Part shown: positions 21,573 through 32,848 of the stretch, in pieces | How positions within the stretch are numbered: position 1 is the first letter of the stretch | Layout: every line of letters starts with the position of its first letter | DNA from: Chrysochromulina tobinii | Lineage: Eukaryota | NCBI GenBank assembly: GCA_001275005.1 | Contig: JWZX01003158.1 | Coordinates: 1-61,938 of the forward strand | Direction: 5' to 3' | Length of the DNA: 61,938 nucleotides | Notes under the pieces: model-generated | Seen by the model: the letters and a program-made list of their open reading frames with translations, nothing else | Database searches by the model: none | What the model was told of the DNA's origin: nothing | Position numbers and translations under genes: made by a program

Positions 21573-22869
21573 ATGGCCGATGACCTCGTGGCCTGGCTGG
21601 CCGCACACGGTGGCAGCCTCCTCGACGACAATCTTCAAATAGGCGGAGAGCCGCGCGGCGTATACGCTCGCTCGCCCATTGCTGCGGGCGATGTGCTGCT
21701 CTCCGTGCCCGCAGCTTTGCTACTCACCGCCGGCGCTGCCGCACGAGCCTCTGCCACTTCGGAGACCAACGCCATCATCCTCATGCTCCTTGGAGAGCGC
21801 ACCCGCGGCAGCCAGTCTACTTGGGCGCCATGGATCGCTGCACTGCCCGGTTTCGACTCCTTCAAAGCGTGTCTACCTTTGCTCTGGGACGAGGCGCACA
21901 TTGCCGACCTCCTTCGCTGTCCAGCAGCAATCGTCCGTGCTCGTCTGCAGCGCACCAGGGTCCTTGCTCTCTTCGACGAACTGGTCGCACCGAGACCCAG
22001 CTGGGACGATTACCGGTGGGCGTATGCAATTGTCGAGAGCCGCGCCCTTTATCTGGAGGAGGCGTCGCTCGGTGCCGAGCGTCTGTGTATCGCACCGATG
22101 GGCGACATGTTTAATCACCACGCTTCGGACCCTTCGGTGATGGCTTCGTATGACATTGGCAGCGGCGCCTTCGTCTTCGTGGCCTCCCGCGCCGCCGCGG
22201 CCGGGGAGGAGCTGTGCCTGCAGTACGGCGCTCATGACAACACGACGCTGCTCCTGAGCTACGGCTTCGTCCTAGGCAAGAATCCACACGAGCGCAGCCC
22301 GCTCTGCTCGACGGAGGTGCCGGCCCTGAGCGAAGCGGACGCCGAGTGGCTGTGCGAGAACGACCTGGGCGATACGCACGAGCACGACCCGGAGCTCGCG
22401 GGCACATCATCGTACTGCCTCACGCCCGAGGGTGCGAGCTTCAACTTGCACGCGGCGCTCCGTCTCCATCATGCGACTGCAACGCAGCGCAGCACGGGCG
22501 CGTGCTTCAGCATCCCTAGAGGGCGAACCCGTGAGCGTGGAGAATGAGCAACTTGTGTGGCAGTCGATCCAGCAGCTGGCCACGAGCCGTATCGAAGCCC
22601 TCGCTGGTGCGCCAGTACCCAAGGCCGTGGACCCCAAACTTGACGAACCGGACCCCAAACTTGACGGGCAGGTCACGGCGGCTCGATGGCGAGCGGCCCA
22701 GATGAGTCTCCTCACAGCTGCTCGTACGTGCGCCGATAAGTCGCTTCGAAAGCTTGGTCGGGCGGCGCCCAAGTCTCCAGCAGCGGAGAGGGAGGCTTCG
22801 GCGGCGGCGCGACGTCAAGCTCGAGGTCGGCGGTCCTCTAAGCGCGCTCGAGAGTGCAGTGACGTGTAA
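21573..22869 (+). CDS. SET-domain protein-lysine methyltransferase (Rubisco LSMT/SETD3-like), +1 frameshift near 22514-22516
   Basis: RGVYARSPIAAGDVLLSVP, IAPMGDMFNH and GEELCLQYGAHDNTTLLLSYGF. The C-terminal PVSVENE motif lies in the frame of ORF 22432..22869, reached by removing one C from ATCCCTA. Confidence 0.85.
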
Positions 22870-23085
22870 CGGTACATGTAGCTTGTAGCGGAGCGTGTGC
22901 AGAGATGATCTAGAACGTCAACTTGCAGACTTGTGTATTTGCGGTTGATCGAAGTTTGTCATGCGTTCGGCGCCGGCGGTCCCTTTGCCGTTTCCGTTCG
23001 TTTTTGAGCGTCATTGAAACGAGAAGCGACGAAATAACGGTATTCGGTCAGCGTTCGGGAGTGACTCATCATTCCGATACCATGG

Positions 23086-24039
23086 TCATGCCGCCCTCCG
23101 TACTGTATACAGCAGCAAGCCGTCGTCCCACGTTGATGCGAGCCACCACTGAAACCGCACATGCAGGGGCTGCGAGGCACTCACCTGGCGCACGATTTCC
23201 TCGGGCAGGGGCTGCCGCTCTACAGCCAGGCCGAGGCGCGCGCAGCGCCTCTCGAATCGAAAGAGCGCCGGATCAAAGGTCACGCCGCCAATGTGCTGCA
23301 CACCCGCCGACCCCGCGAGCGCGCTCACCGCGCCGCCAGCGCACCTGTTAGTCAAGACCAGGTGAATGCTGAGCTTCGGGTTGACGGCCAGGAGGGCCGA
23401 CAGCGTAGCCTCGAGGCCGTCATGGTCATCATCGTCTGTCAAAGGCGAGCCCTCGAAGACGGGCGCGCTCACGAGGTCCGCGCCGATGACATGCGTCAGA
23501 CTAGCGGCATCCATGGGGAGACGCTTCACGGCTGAGAGCCCGCCCGCCGCATTCCACTTGCAGAATTTGAGAGGTAACTCTTCGTTGCTCGCGTGGGCCG
23601 CATTATGCTTCGCGTTGGCGAGTGCCGCATCACACACGTCGGAAGCGATAAATTGGGACGGCGCGCGTCCTCTTGCAACTGCGCACTGCTGCGCGGATAG
23701 AGCGCAACCAATAGAGGTCAAGCCGACACCTGATCCCACCTCGAGTACCGTCGCGTCCGTCAGTGGCACGCCGCCTGCGATCACCCACTGCAGCAGCGCC
23801 CGCCCTGCAGGCCAATCTACACAGCCCTGCCCAATTTCAGAAGCGCCGGCACGCACCTTTGAGCGGATGGAGACGCTGACGCTTATGTCAGGAGGGGCAG
23901 CGATGCGGTGGCACGTGGTCTTCCACTGGCGAAGGTGCAGCTTGTCGTCGGCGATGGCGAAAGTGAGAGCGCTCACGCCGCTTACGTATGCAACGACCGC
24001 CGTCGATGGAAGGCGCTTTCGGAGGGTGCTCCACGACAT
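23086..24039 (-). CDS. Family-16 (METTL21-like) seven-beta-strand protein methyltransferase
   Basis: GCVDWPAGRALLQW, VLEVGSGVGLTSI (motif I), IASD and VIGADLV. Confidence 0.85.
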   Translation of the reverse strand: MSWSTLRKRLPSTAVVAYVSGVSALTFAIADDKLHLRQWKTTCHRIAAPPDISVSVSIRSKVRAGASEIGQGCVDWPAGRALLQWVIAGGVPLTDATVLEVGSGVGLTSIGCALSAQQCAVARGRAPSQFIASDVCDAALANAKHNAAHASNEELPLKFCKWNAAGGLSAVKRLPMDAASLTHVIGADLVSAPVFEGSPLTDDDDHDGLEATLSALLAVNPKLSIHLVLTNRCAGGAVSALAGSAGVQHIGGVTFDPALFRFERRCARLGLAVERQPLPEEIVRQVSASQPLHVRFQWWLASTWDDGLLLYTVRRAA

Positions 24040-24252
24040 GCCGTCCCGTGCGCGGGGTTGCGAGCACACGTGCGAGTTTGCTTTCCACGCGTGGCCCTAA
24101 AGAAGGGTGCTTGAACTTTCCGGTCTCCACCAACAAAAATCTGAAATGCATTGAACGCGTGCTCGAACCGAACACTCGAAACACAAATCTGCGTCACGTG
24201 GGTCCCGCTATGAACAGCCAATTCACATCCTTGGACGGCGAGCAGGGGCGGA

Positions 24253-24942
24253 ATGTTTTCTTTCCAATCGCACGTGCCGCCGCCGCCGCCTCCGGAGCCT
24301 GGCTCGCTTCTGGATCATGTGGCTCGTGCGAAACGCCAGATGGCTGAGGCTGCGGCACGTGCGTACATATGGATCGCTCATCAGTCTCCATGGGTAGCCT
24401 CACGCATTGATGATACCGTGGCCATTGCGAGCGAAATGGAGAGGCGTGGGTGTACCAATCATCTCAATTTCAATGACTTCAATACGAGCCTGCTGCGGCC
24501 GCTGATGCAGGGCCTACCCGGTCTCGTGCGCTCGGTGAGGGCCACGGCAACGTGTCGACCAAATCAGGACATCATAGCTGCCTTTGAGATGTGGAACGTT
24601 CTGTGCTTCTGGCTCGCCGTGGCCATCATGCTGCTCAACCTGCTCTTGCCGTTTGGTGGAGCGCTGGGAGACCTCATCGGCGTTACGTTCCGCTACCTCG
24701 CGGCGTACACGCTTCACTTTGCGTTCGTGCGCGTCCCCACGCGCCGTTGGATGCTGATAGCTCTCATACTGCTCGCGCTGTACACGAGCATGTGCATCTT
24801 AGCCGTCTTTACCGTGCTGTTTCTCGTCACGGCGGTCACCTCCTTTGTGAGCGCCACCGCCAACGGCCTCCTCCTCTTCTACTCGTATCAGATCTACATG
24901 AGCCTCGAGGATGGCGCGGGTGCCACGATGGACATGCTCTGA
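24253..24942 (+). CDS. Multi-pass membrane protein, unknown function
   Basis: 229-aa ORF with about 4 hydrophobic segments in the C-terminal half. Confidence 0.7.
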   Translation: MFSFQSHVPPPPPPEPGSLLDHVARAKRQMAEAAARAYIWIAHQSPWVASRIDDTVAIASEMERRGCTNHLNFNDFNTSLLRPLMQGLPGLVRSVRATATCRPNQDIIAAFEMWNVLCFWLAVAIMLLNLLLPFGGALGDLIGVTFRYLAAYTLHFAFVRVPTRRWMLIALILLALYTSMCILAVFTVLFLVTAVTSFVSATANGLLLFYSYQIYMSLEDGAGATMDML

Positions 24943-25205
24943 GAGATTGAGACGAGAGTGCCGGGTGTATGCTCGGTGTGGCTTGGCCCCTGGTGGTTGG
25001 GCGACTCTGTATACGTATCTATGAAAGCCAAGACGTATTCGACACCCATTTCACACTGCTCGCTCTTCTTCACTCGTGAAGCCGACGTGAAGACGCGCGA
25101 TCTCCGACATCGGAACCGTCCGCGCACTGGATCGCGAACTCGTCCGCGCGCGCGTCGTCCGCGGGGGCGGAGGTGGATAGACAGACGCTCATTGTGCTAA
25201 CTAGG

Positions 25206-26714
25206 ATGCCGCGTCGGAACAGCGGCCTCGACCCATTTGGCGCTGCAAGCCATACAACGGCAGTCCGTGCGCCTCGCCGTGGCCTCGGGTACCTATTTTG
25301 CTGCGGTCGTTCGACGCGCGGCCTCGATGAGGACGTGAGTCCACCACTTTTGCGATCAAGAGTGCACAACCTGTGGCGTGAACAGCCTTACTCGAGCAGC
25401 AGCAGCGAGTTCTTTGTCATAGACGCCTCCTGGCAAGGCCACTTGCAAGCGAGCAGCGACGATGGTGCGGAGAGCAGCTGCCAGGGCAGCCAACCGCTCA
25501 ACACATTCGAGTGGTCAGCGTTGCCTCCGCACGTACGCTTTTCAGCGCCGCTGATCCGTGCCCACGAGGCCGGCTCTGAATTCGACGACAGCCCCGCGCC
25601 CAGCGTGTGGGTGCATGACATCTTCGTCTCCAAGGAAACCATTTTCGACCAGGTGAGCCGGGATTGGGCCGAGTATGACAAGTGGCACGCAGCCAGGCGA
25701 GCAGCACTCATGGATGCCAAGTGCCAGGCCACAGCGGCCGAGGTGGGTGCAGCGACCGTCTCCACGGCAGCCAGCGGAAGCAGCAGTGTCAGTATTCCCA
25801 ACGGGGCCAGCAGCAGCGGTTTCGGAGCCAGTGCCAGCGGCGGTAGCGGCGGCAGCAGCAGCAGCAGTGGCATCAGCAGCAGCAGTGGCATCAGCAGCCC
25901 TTGGCGCTTCCGACCGCTGCTATCGAGCGTACGATGGACGCCCCCGCCGCTGCCGTCCAGGGGCTCCTTGGCCAGCCTCGTCAATCGTAGCAGTGAAGGC
26001 GGTGGTGGCGGCGCTGGCAGCCGCGGCGGCCATACTGCTGGCGAGAGCATCGGAGCATCTGCGGGTGGCGCGACCGATGCAGCAGCCATGAGCGCACACG
26101 AGGGCGGCGGCTCACGAGAGGTAGCAGCGTCCAGCTCGAACACGTCCGCCGCCCAGGACGGCGCGGTGGGCGTGGCAACGCGTGCTGCCGCTGCTGCCGC
26201 TGCTTGCGCAGGGAGTCAGAGCGCGCCCGAGAATAGCGCCAGCAACAATGATACGAGCCTGTCCGAGGGCGATAGCTTGCTTCAGCGCTTGGGTGACTTC
26301 TTCAGCTTCGGAAGCAACAGCTTCCGCAGTGACCCTCCCCGAAGCACAGAAGATCTGGGAGGTGCTCTAGTGGCGGCGCAGCTGGCGGCGCAGCAGGCGG
26401 AGCAAGAGGCGGCGGAGGTCGACTTAGTTGTCGCAGGCATCATCACGGCGGCCGCGAGAAGCGCCGTACGCTCTCACCAAGGGAGTAAGGAGGCGGCGAT
26501 GGCCTGCCGTGCCGTGTCCACCGCAGACATGGCGCAAAGCGCGCCTGGCGGCGGTCTGGGCGACGCCGACTTGGCGCTGCAGCAGGCGGAAGGCACCTCT
26601 GCCGGAGCGGAAGGCACCTCTGCCGGAGGGGCCTCGTGCGAGGCGATCTCGCGATGGATCTCGCGAGGCCATCTCGCGCTGCCGGCAGGCGTGCAGCCTG
26701 CGCTCACCGCGTGA
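25206..26714 (+). CDS. Hypothetical Ser/Ala/Gly-rich protein
   Basis: Long ORF with a short globular-looking N-terminal block (WVHDIFVSKETIFDQVSRDW) followed by low complexity. Confidence 0.6.
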   Translation: MPRRNSGLDPFGAASHTTAVRAPRRGLGYLFCCGRSTRGLDEDVSPPLLRSRVHNLWREQPYSSSSSEFFVIDASWQGHLQASSDDGAESSCQGSQPLNTFEWSALPPHVRFSAPLIRAHEAGSEFDDSPAPSVWVHDIFVSKETIFDQVSRDWAEYDKWHAARRAALMDAKCQATAAEVGAATVSTAASGSSSVSIPNGASSSGFGASASGGSGGSSSSSGISSSSGISSPWRFRPLLSSVRWTPPPLPSRGSLASLVNRSSEGGGGGAGSRGGHTAGESIGASAGGATDAAAMSAHEGGGSREVAASSSNTSAAQDGAVGVATRAAAAAAACAGSQSAPENSASNNDTSLSEGDSLLQRLGDFFSFGSNSFRSDPPRSTEDLGGALVAAQLAAQQAEQEAAEVDLVVAGIITAAARSAVRSHQGSKEAAMACRAVSTADMAQSAPGGGLGDADLALQQAEGTSAGAEGTSAGGASCEAISRWISRGHLALPAGVQPALTA

Positions 26715-27357
26715 TGCACCTAAGAAAAGTGAAGCTTTCATGAGCGCCTCAGTGACGAGAGCACGAGACGAGAGTGCGCACGTACGGCTGGGGGCCGCCA
26801 CTGGGGACTGGGCGCCGCCCCCCCAGAGTGATGCATCGACGTCACGGATTCGTATGTTTATAGTCTTAGAGATTAGACCCTTAGAACATTATATGAGACC
26901 GGCGCGGGGGCTTTCGCTGTTGGCCATCGGTGGATGGACGAATGCGACTCGACACTCGACTCGCAGCGCGGTACCGCGTACGGTAGTATCTAGCGCCGCG
27001 GGCCGCGCTCATCGCGACTTTCCCCCCTCGCGCCGTCACAGCGATTTCAGCGTGTACAGGCAACTCCAGCCCAGAGCCCCCTACTCGCCCGCCCGTGGTC
27101 CCCGTTATTGCATCTGATCACTGATGCACTGCCCACTGCGGCCCTTCAGAATGAATCGACGCGCGGCTAAGGAGCAGTTCGAGGCACGTCTTCCATGAGC
27201 TCTTCATGTCCCACCCCTATCCGTGGCGAACCTATCCATCGACGCGATTGCCTACAGCTCACGTAGTTGAGAAGCCCTCCGAGAGATGCCGGAGATGCCC
27301 CATCCCACTGTCTGTGCAGGGGCGACTCGTTTAGTGTGGCATCTTCGCCTGTTCGCC

Positions 27358-28229
27358 TCACCGCGGGCTGGCACCCGGCCGAGCATACTTGACGCCGCCC
27401 AGCTTGTACGGGCCCGTGTGCGTGGCTGTCATCGCGTCGAAGACCGTCGAGGGCATCACCATCTGGGTGGCCAGCCCGTCGATGAACTCTGGCAGGTCGA
27501 GCCGCCCGTCCCGATTCTCGTCCATCGAATCGAAAAGCTCGTTGAGGGTCCCCTCTTTGGCTTTCACGTTGATCCGCTTGAGGGCCAGGGCGAGCTCGTC
27601 GCGCGAGAGTCGGCCAGAGCCGTCCGCGTCGATCTGCTCAAACGTCTTGGCGGCTTTGAGTCGCCTCGCCTCTGACCACGACGCGGTGCGCGCCTTCTCA
27701 ACGTCGCTGCAGAAGGTCTTCCAGTTGAACTTGCCGTCGCCGGTCACGTACTTGAACTGCAGTCAGCACGTACATGCACGCGTGAATCAAGGATGGCACA
27801 CAGGGACATCATGTCGGGTCTGGCGTTGTTGCGTCATGGCTGATGCGGGGGCAAGGGCAGTCTATAAGTGGCGATCCCCTTTGTGCATTGTGATCCCTCA
27901 CGCACCAGTGCATCGTTGAGTTGCTCCTTGGTGAGTTCCATGCCACCCGCCTTGAGCGTGCAGCCGACCATATGCCGTGAGATACAACCCTCGAGCCGCG
28001 GGTCGATGCGAATGAAGGCGTCGCGCATACGTACCATCTGATTGTGCAGCTCCTCTTTGACGAGCTCATTCTGTGAGGGGATGCCAGAAGCTAGCGCCTT
28101 CTTCGCCTGGCCGCGCGGCGAGTTGAGGATGGCCCACGCTGTGAGCGTCTCGCGCGTCGCCGCCCGGCTCTGATTCGCGCCGGCGACCCGGGAGAGGCGA
28201 GGGGATTGGACCAGTGGGCCGGTCTGCAT
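27358..28229 (-). CDS. EF-hand calcium-binding protein, 2 exons (intron 27757-27905)
   Basis: EF loops DADGSGRLSRDE and DENRDGRLDLPE. CTG|GTGCGT...CTGCAG|TTC joins ORFs 27834..28250 and 27358..27747 in phase 0. Confidence 0.85.
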
Positions 28230-28616
28230 TTGTATTGCAATTTGTGTCAAGACATCAACGAACGTTCAGCGATTTCTGTTGATTTGTAACGATCTGCGAT
28301 GCATGCATCGCTCGTCGCTGTCACCGAAAGACTCTGGCCGGTCGGTACATGTACACGAGTACGCGGTGCGGGGTGCGGACCGGTCGAGCACCGGATGAGC
28401 CAAAAGTCCATTTACATTGTATCAATTCCTCTGTCGCACAGATATAAATTGAGTACGAGTACATGTACATGAACAGCTCGAAAGTGAATGAGCTCGTGCA
28501 CAGATGACCGGATCGAGGTCCTTGTCGCGTTCCACCCAACGGCTACATTGTATAGGATTCCTTGTCTGATAAGACACCTATAAAAACTGGCCGCCATTCA
28601 GGAGGACTCGCTTCTG

Positions 28617-28716
28617 TCATCTCCGCCCACTCCCTTCCACCACTGCTGGCCTCCGGAGCACATTCGATAGGCTTCCGTACGGTTGTCTGTTGTTTATGTA
28701 TAGACTTGACTTGACT
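28617..28716 (+). repeat. Dispersed repeat copy 2 (54-bp core, GACTT repeats about 35 bp downstream)
   Basis: Matches 18575-18628. Confidence 0.85.
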
Positions 28717-28751
28717 TGCTTTGGTTTGCGCGCTTCGCTACCGGCGATCAC

Positions 28752-29372
28752 ATGTTGAATCAGCTTATCATGGCACTGTCATTCACGCAGCCACCATTTG
28801 CCGTGCGGCGGTCGCTTCCGCTGCCCCCTCGTAGCAACGAGCCCAGCGCCGGGGTTTTCGGCGCAGCAGCGGCTGCTCTGCTCTTGGGCACCGCCGTTGT
28901 CACAGGTGACCGCAATGTGTCAACGAAGGCACCCGTGGCGGACACTTCGAGCTTCCCAGACGACTCGGTGGTCGACAAGATCAGTGCTCGGATGGTATCG
29001 CTCGATAAAATTTCGCTCGATACGATTTCGCTCAGCGTGGCTCCGAAGCCCAGCACCGTTGCCAACATGGCGCCCTCCCTGCCATCGCCGGCGCTCCCAT
29101 CGCCACCGCCTACGATGGATGGCAGTTTGCTCGAGGAGCGGCTTGCCGTCATACTGGACGTTCGCGAAAGGGTCGTGGCGGCGCTGCGCGAGACGACCGA
29201 GACGAATACCAAGCTACGCGCGGAACTCGAGAGCTTGTACGCTCAGAATGCGGGACTGAGCTACACCGTCGACTCACGCGTCTTTGTGGGACTCAAGCAG
29301 GCTGTCAAGGCCCTGCGCAGGTCGAGCGCCACGGGTGCGGAGCAGGCCTCTGCGGCCAAGCAGGCCTTCTAA
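28752..29372 (+). CDS. Hypothetical protein with targeting-like N-terminus and C-terminal coiled coil
   Basis: ORF 28716..29372, first ATG at 28752; hydrophobic segment and heptad LEERLAVILDVRERVVAALRE. Confidence 0.6.
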   Translation: MLNQLIMALSFTQPPFAVRRSLPLPPRSNEPSAGVFGAAAAALLLGTAVVTGDRNVSTKAPVADTSSFPDDSVVDKISARMVSLDKISLDTISLSVAPKPSTVANMAPSLPSPALPSPPPTMDGSLLEERLAVILDVRERVVAALRETTETNTKLRAELESLYAQNAGLSYTVDSRVFVGLKQAVKALRRSSATGAEQASAAKQAF

Positions 29373-29649
29373 CGCCACGCATAAAAAAAGGACTAGGAAG
29401 CTGCGTCTATCGAGTATCAGACGCCGCAGTCTCGCCCGCTTGAGCCCAGCGGGTTCGCCATGTCGCGGCGCTGCCTCAGTCGTTGGACGTTGGTCGGGCG
29501 GCCTTGCGCGTGTTACATACAACTAACTTATCCACCCTTAAACATCAACACATAAACACAGTGCCTATCGTCTCGATACGTTGGGTGTTCAAAATTGTGT
29601 TTCCCCTCCCACGCCTCCCTCCCTTCCCGCGCTCCGACCGATTTACGAT

Positions 29650-30123
29650 TTACTGCATGTGGATGCGCAGCACGCAGCCTGGTGCGGAGAGCGTGTGGGT
29701 GCCGGGGGCGGAGAGCTGAAGACGCTGGCCCTGATGCTCCACGACGGCCGTGCGGAGAGGCGCTTGCGCTCCGCGGCTGCAGGGCTGACACGGGTTGACA
29801 CGTGTGCCCCAGGTTGACACGCCTCGCAATGCCCGCGCCGCACTGGGGTGGAAGGCAATGTCGACCTTGCCTGCAGCCAGCGTGATCACCCGAGCATCGA
29901 GCGGTCCGACGGCGCCCCCTCGTATGTACTCCGAGGTCGCTATCTCCGAGGTCGCCTGAATCCCAATGCTCCTTGTGCTGCGTCTCGGCACGGGCGCCTG
30001 CGCAGTGTCTGATGACGAGGTGCCACGAGGTGTGGGCGCGAGATCGCTCAAATGCGCACCTTCCTGGTGGCCGCCGTCATCGTCGCTGCTGCTGCTGCGG
30101 TCGCCGCCGGCACCGGCGTCACG

Positions 30124-30154
<31 letters not shown>

Positions 30155-30253
30155 CTCCGGCTGCGAGCAACAGCCAAATCGTTCGTCAAACCGACGGCTG
30201 CGCCCTCATGGGCTGTAACCGTCGTCTCTTCTTCCTCGGCTTCCGGGGTCCTG

Positions 30254-30288
<35 letters not shown>

Positions 30289-32648
30289 ACGGCGCAAGCC
30301 GATGGCCGAGGCAGCCGAGGACGACGTTGCGCAGGGCATCGCGTCAGAGGGAGTGGGTACAGTCGGAGCGCCGGCGGAGGTCACGGGCTGGTTCGCGGAC
30401 GTCGTCGGCGCGCGAATGGTGAGGAGCTCCGTCCATGGCCTTCGTTTTCGAAGCTCGGCGGTCGCGGAGTGTGCACGGCCCGTTCGTTGGCGGCCGGCCT
30501 GTTCGAATGCATCGCTCTCTCGACTTGCCAAATTAGGAAGTTCCGCTCCCGAGGCACTGTGCCTTAGCGCGTCGGCGCCCCCTCCCAACTGCTGCATCGC
30601 CGCCGCAAGGACGGCGAGCTGCGCGTCGTCCATCGGGCGAGCATGCAGCGCCGCTGCAAGGGCATCCTCAAGTGCCGCAGCCCCCGCATCGAGCGCCGCC
30701 TGATGTTCAAGCTTGAGGCGCGTCACCTGTGGGGAGAGGGGCGGGGCGCTGTGGTGAGCCCTTGCATGCGCGGCTCCCGCATCGAGCGCCGCCTGATGTT
30801 CGAGCTTGAGGCGCGTCACCTCCGCCAATCAGAGGCAATCAGAGGCAATCAGAGGCAATCAACGAGACTCACCTCCGCCTCGTGGCGCTCCTTGAGCTCC
30901 TTGAGCTCCTGCTGACGTTCCCATTCGAGCTGTGCTCGTATCTCAGCCTCGGCGCTCGCTTGCGTGTGGGAGCGCTTCATCAATCGCACCGCCTCCGCCT
31001 CGATCTCTGCGTGGTCGAGCATCGCAGCCGCGCGGGCGGCGGCCACCTCCTCGTGGCGCTGGAGCATTGATTCGCCCTCGACCCGCGCGCGGTCGAGGGC
31101 CTCCTCCACCAGGTTGTGCCGCAGCTCCTCGAGCGTGCTTGCATGCGCAGCCGCATGCCGCATGGTCGACTCCTCAGCCATCCCTGATTTGGTCATCCCA
31201 GCGAGCGTGCTTCCTAATTTGGCACGCGCAGCCCCAGTTTGGGTGACCATGCTTCGCGGAATGACGAGGCCGCTCGCCGCCGCGACGGCGCCCAGTAGCG
31301 TTGGGGTTGACGAACCTCCGAGCCACTGCCGAGCAGAGGACGGCTGCGCTCCGGCCGAAAACCCTGTGGCGGTCGCCGTGTTGGGCGCCGTGATGGGCGC
31401 TTCCTCCCTCGCCTTCGCCCTTGCGAGGGCGTCGAATCCCGTCGGTCTCTGATTGGCATGTGATTGCCTCTGATCGCCTCTGATTGCAACGGCGTCGAAT
31501 CCCGTCGGCCTCGCAGGCTGGCTACTAGTTTGGATAGCGGCTCTCAGGCCAGAGGGGCCTCCAGCGGCCGCCGCGGGCACAGCGCTGAGCACAGCGCCCA
31601 TAGGTGCGGGTGCTGGTGCGCGCTCGTTCAATGGCGGCCGCCCTGGCAGAGCTTCAGCAGCCATCGAACGTGCGTCCTCGGCGGGCATCGTGCGCAGCAC
31701 GATGAGGCTGAGGGCGGCCGACTCGCTGCTGCCACGTGAGTCGAGAGGACGGCGGGCCTCCCCTAGAACGTACTTGGCCAGCGCCGGGGAGAGCAGCTTG
31801 CCCGTTACTCCAATGATCGCATCACCCACACGGAGCTGGTGCTCGGGCGGGCTCGGCGCGCCCGCGGCTTCGCCGCCGCCGATTCGGAAGCGAGAGGGCG
31901 ACCCGAGCGGCGCACCGGACCGAAAGGCACTCGTGTTGCGCATTGCATCTTCCCAAGGGAGAGTGGAGCCGTTGCTTGGGATGTCCGCCGCCTCTGAGTA
32001 GACGACGAGCAAGTCGCCCGCGAGGGGCATGCGCCGCTTCTCGAGGCACGAGGCGACCGACTCGTGCGAGTCCCGCCGAATCTGCAGGCCCTCGACAAGC
32101 GCCTCGGCCAGCCCGATTTCGACGCCGGCCAGGCTCGCCGAGGGTAGCGTGATGACTCTCGTGAAGGGCGTGTCGGCGTGCCCAAAGCCGCGAGCAGCCG
32201 ATCCGGCGAGCTCGTTGGCGAGCAGCATGTGGACCGCCTTCCACGCTGCAAGGCCACCGTCTTCGCGCTCGAGTGAGCCTCGCCCGAGCAGGGCTGGGAG
32301 TAAGAGGCTGATCATCAGGGCGCTCCGAGGAGCGTCGCTAGCCGAAGGCGCGACGAGGGTGAAGAAGCTCTCGAGAAGGTGCGCCTTGAGCGGCGTGACG
32401 GAGCGCATCACACCGGAGACGCGCGTCTGTGCGGAGGTCAGACCATCAGATGGCGTGACTGCAATCAGCGACGCGGATGCCGCCTTGTCGAGCACAGGAT
32501 CCGTTTCGCAGTCCTGCAGGGTACTCAGGAGGGATGCCGCCGCCTGCGTACGGCCGAGCAGATTTACATGCAGCCCGCTGCTGATGTGCTCATCAACCGC
32601 GGCCGCGAGCAGTGTGGATGAGCTGGACGAGCGTACAAAATCGGGCAT
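29650..32648 (-). CDS. Hypothetical protein with a PDZ-like segment, coiled coil and poly-Ser tail; intron 30727-30872 and probable intron near 31449-31511
   Basis: ORFs 30849..32711 and 29650..30828 join in phase 0 (ERHEAE|VTRLKL). QLRVGDAIIGVTG...LSLIVLR resembles a PDZ C-terminal half. The 3' end is uncertain. Confidence 0.65.
30727..30872 (-). other. 146-nt composite intron: donor module + copy of the exon-exon junction + acceptor module
   Basis: GTGAGTCTCGTT(GATTGCCTCT)3GATT-GGCGGAG/GTGACG...GCCGCG-CATGCAAGGGCTCACCACAGCGCCCCGCCCCTCTCCCCACAG. Confidence 0.85.
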
Positions 32649-32848
32649 GAAGATCGCTGCCTCGCCGCAGCCTCTCTCAAAAGACCGTCCATCCGCCCTT
32701 TTCACATTCACAGTTCAAAGCTACAAAAGCTACAAAAGCTACAAAAGCAAACAAAAGTACCCACGCACGCAAGCCAACAGTCAGCATACAGCTCACATTC
32801 CAAAAATGGGACAGAGAGGGTCTGTATTCCTGTGAGTTCTGTATTGGA

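Noticed and set aside
29775..29825. Possible extra intron with GTGTCAACC repeats at the 3' end of the 29650-32648 gene
   Set aside because: The reading frame is already open through it and the splice sites are ambiguous; it cannot be supported without transcripts.
30827..30862. GCAATCAGAG repeats as interstitial canonical telomere
   Set aside because: The unit does not resemble TTAGGG-type repeats and is confined to introns or inserts. It is treated instead as part of the intron module.
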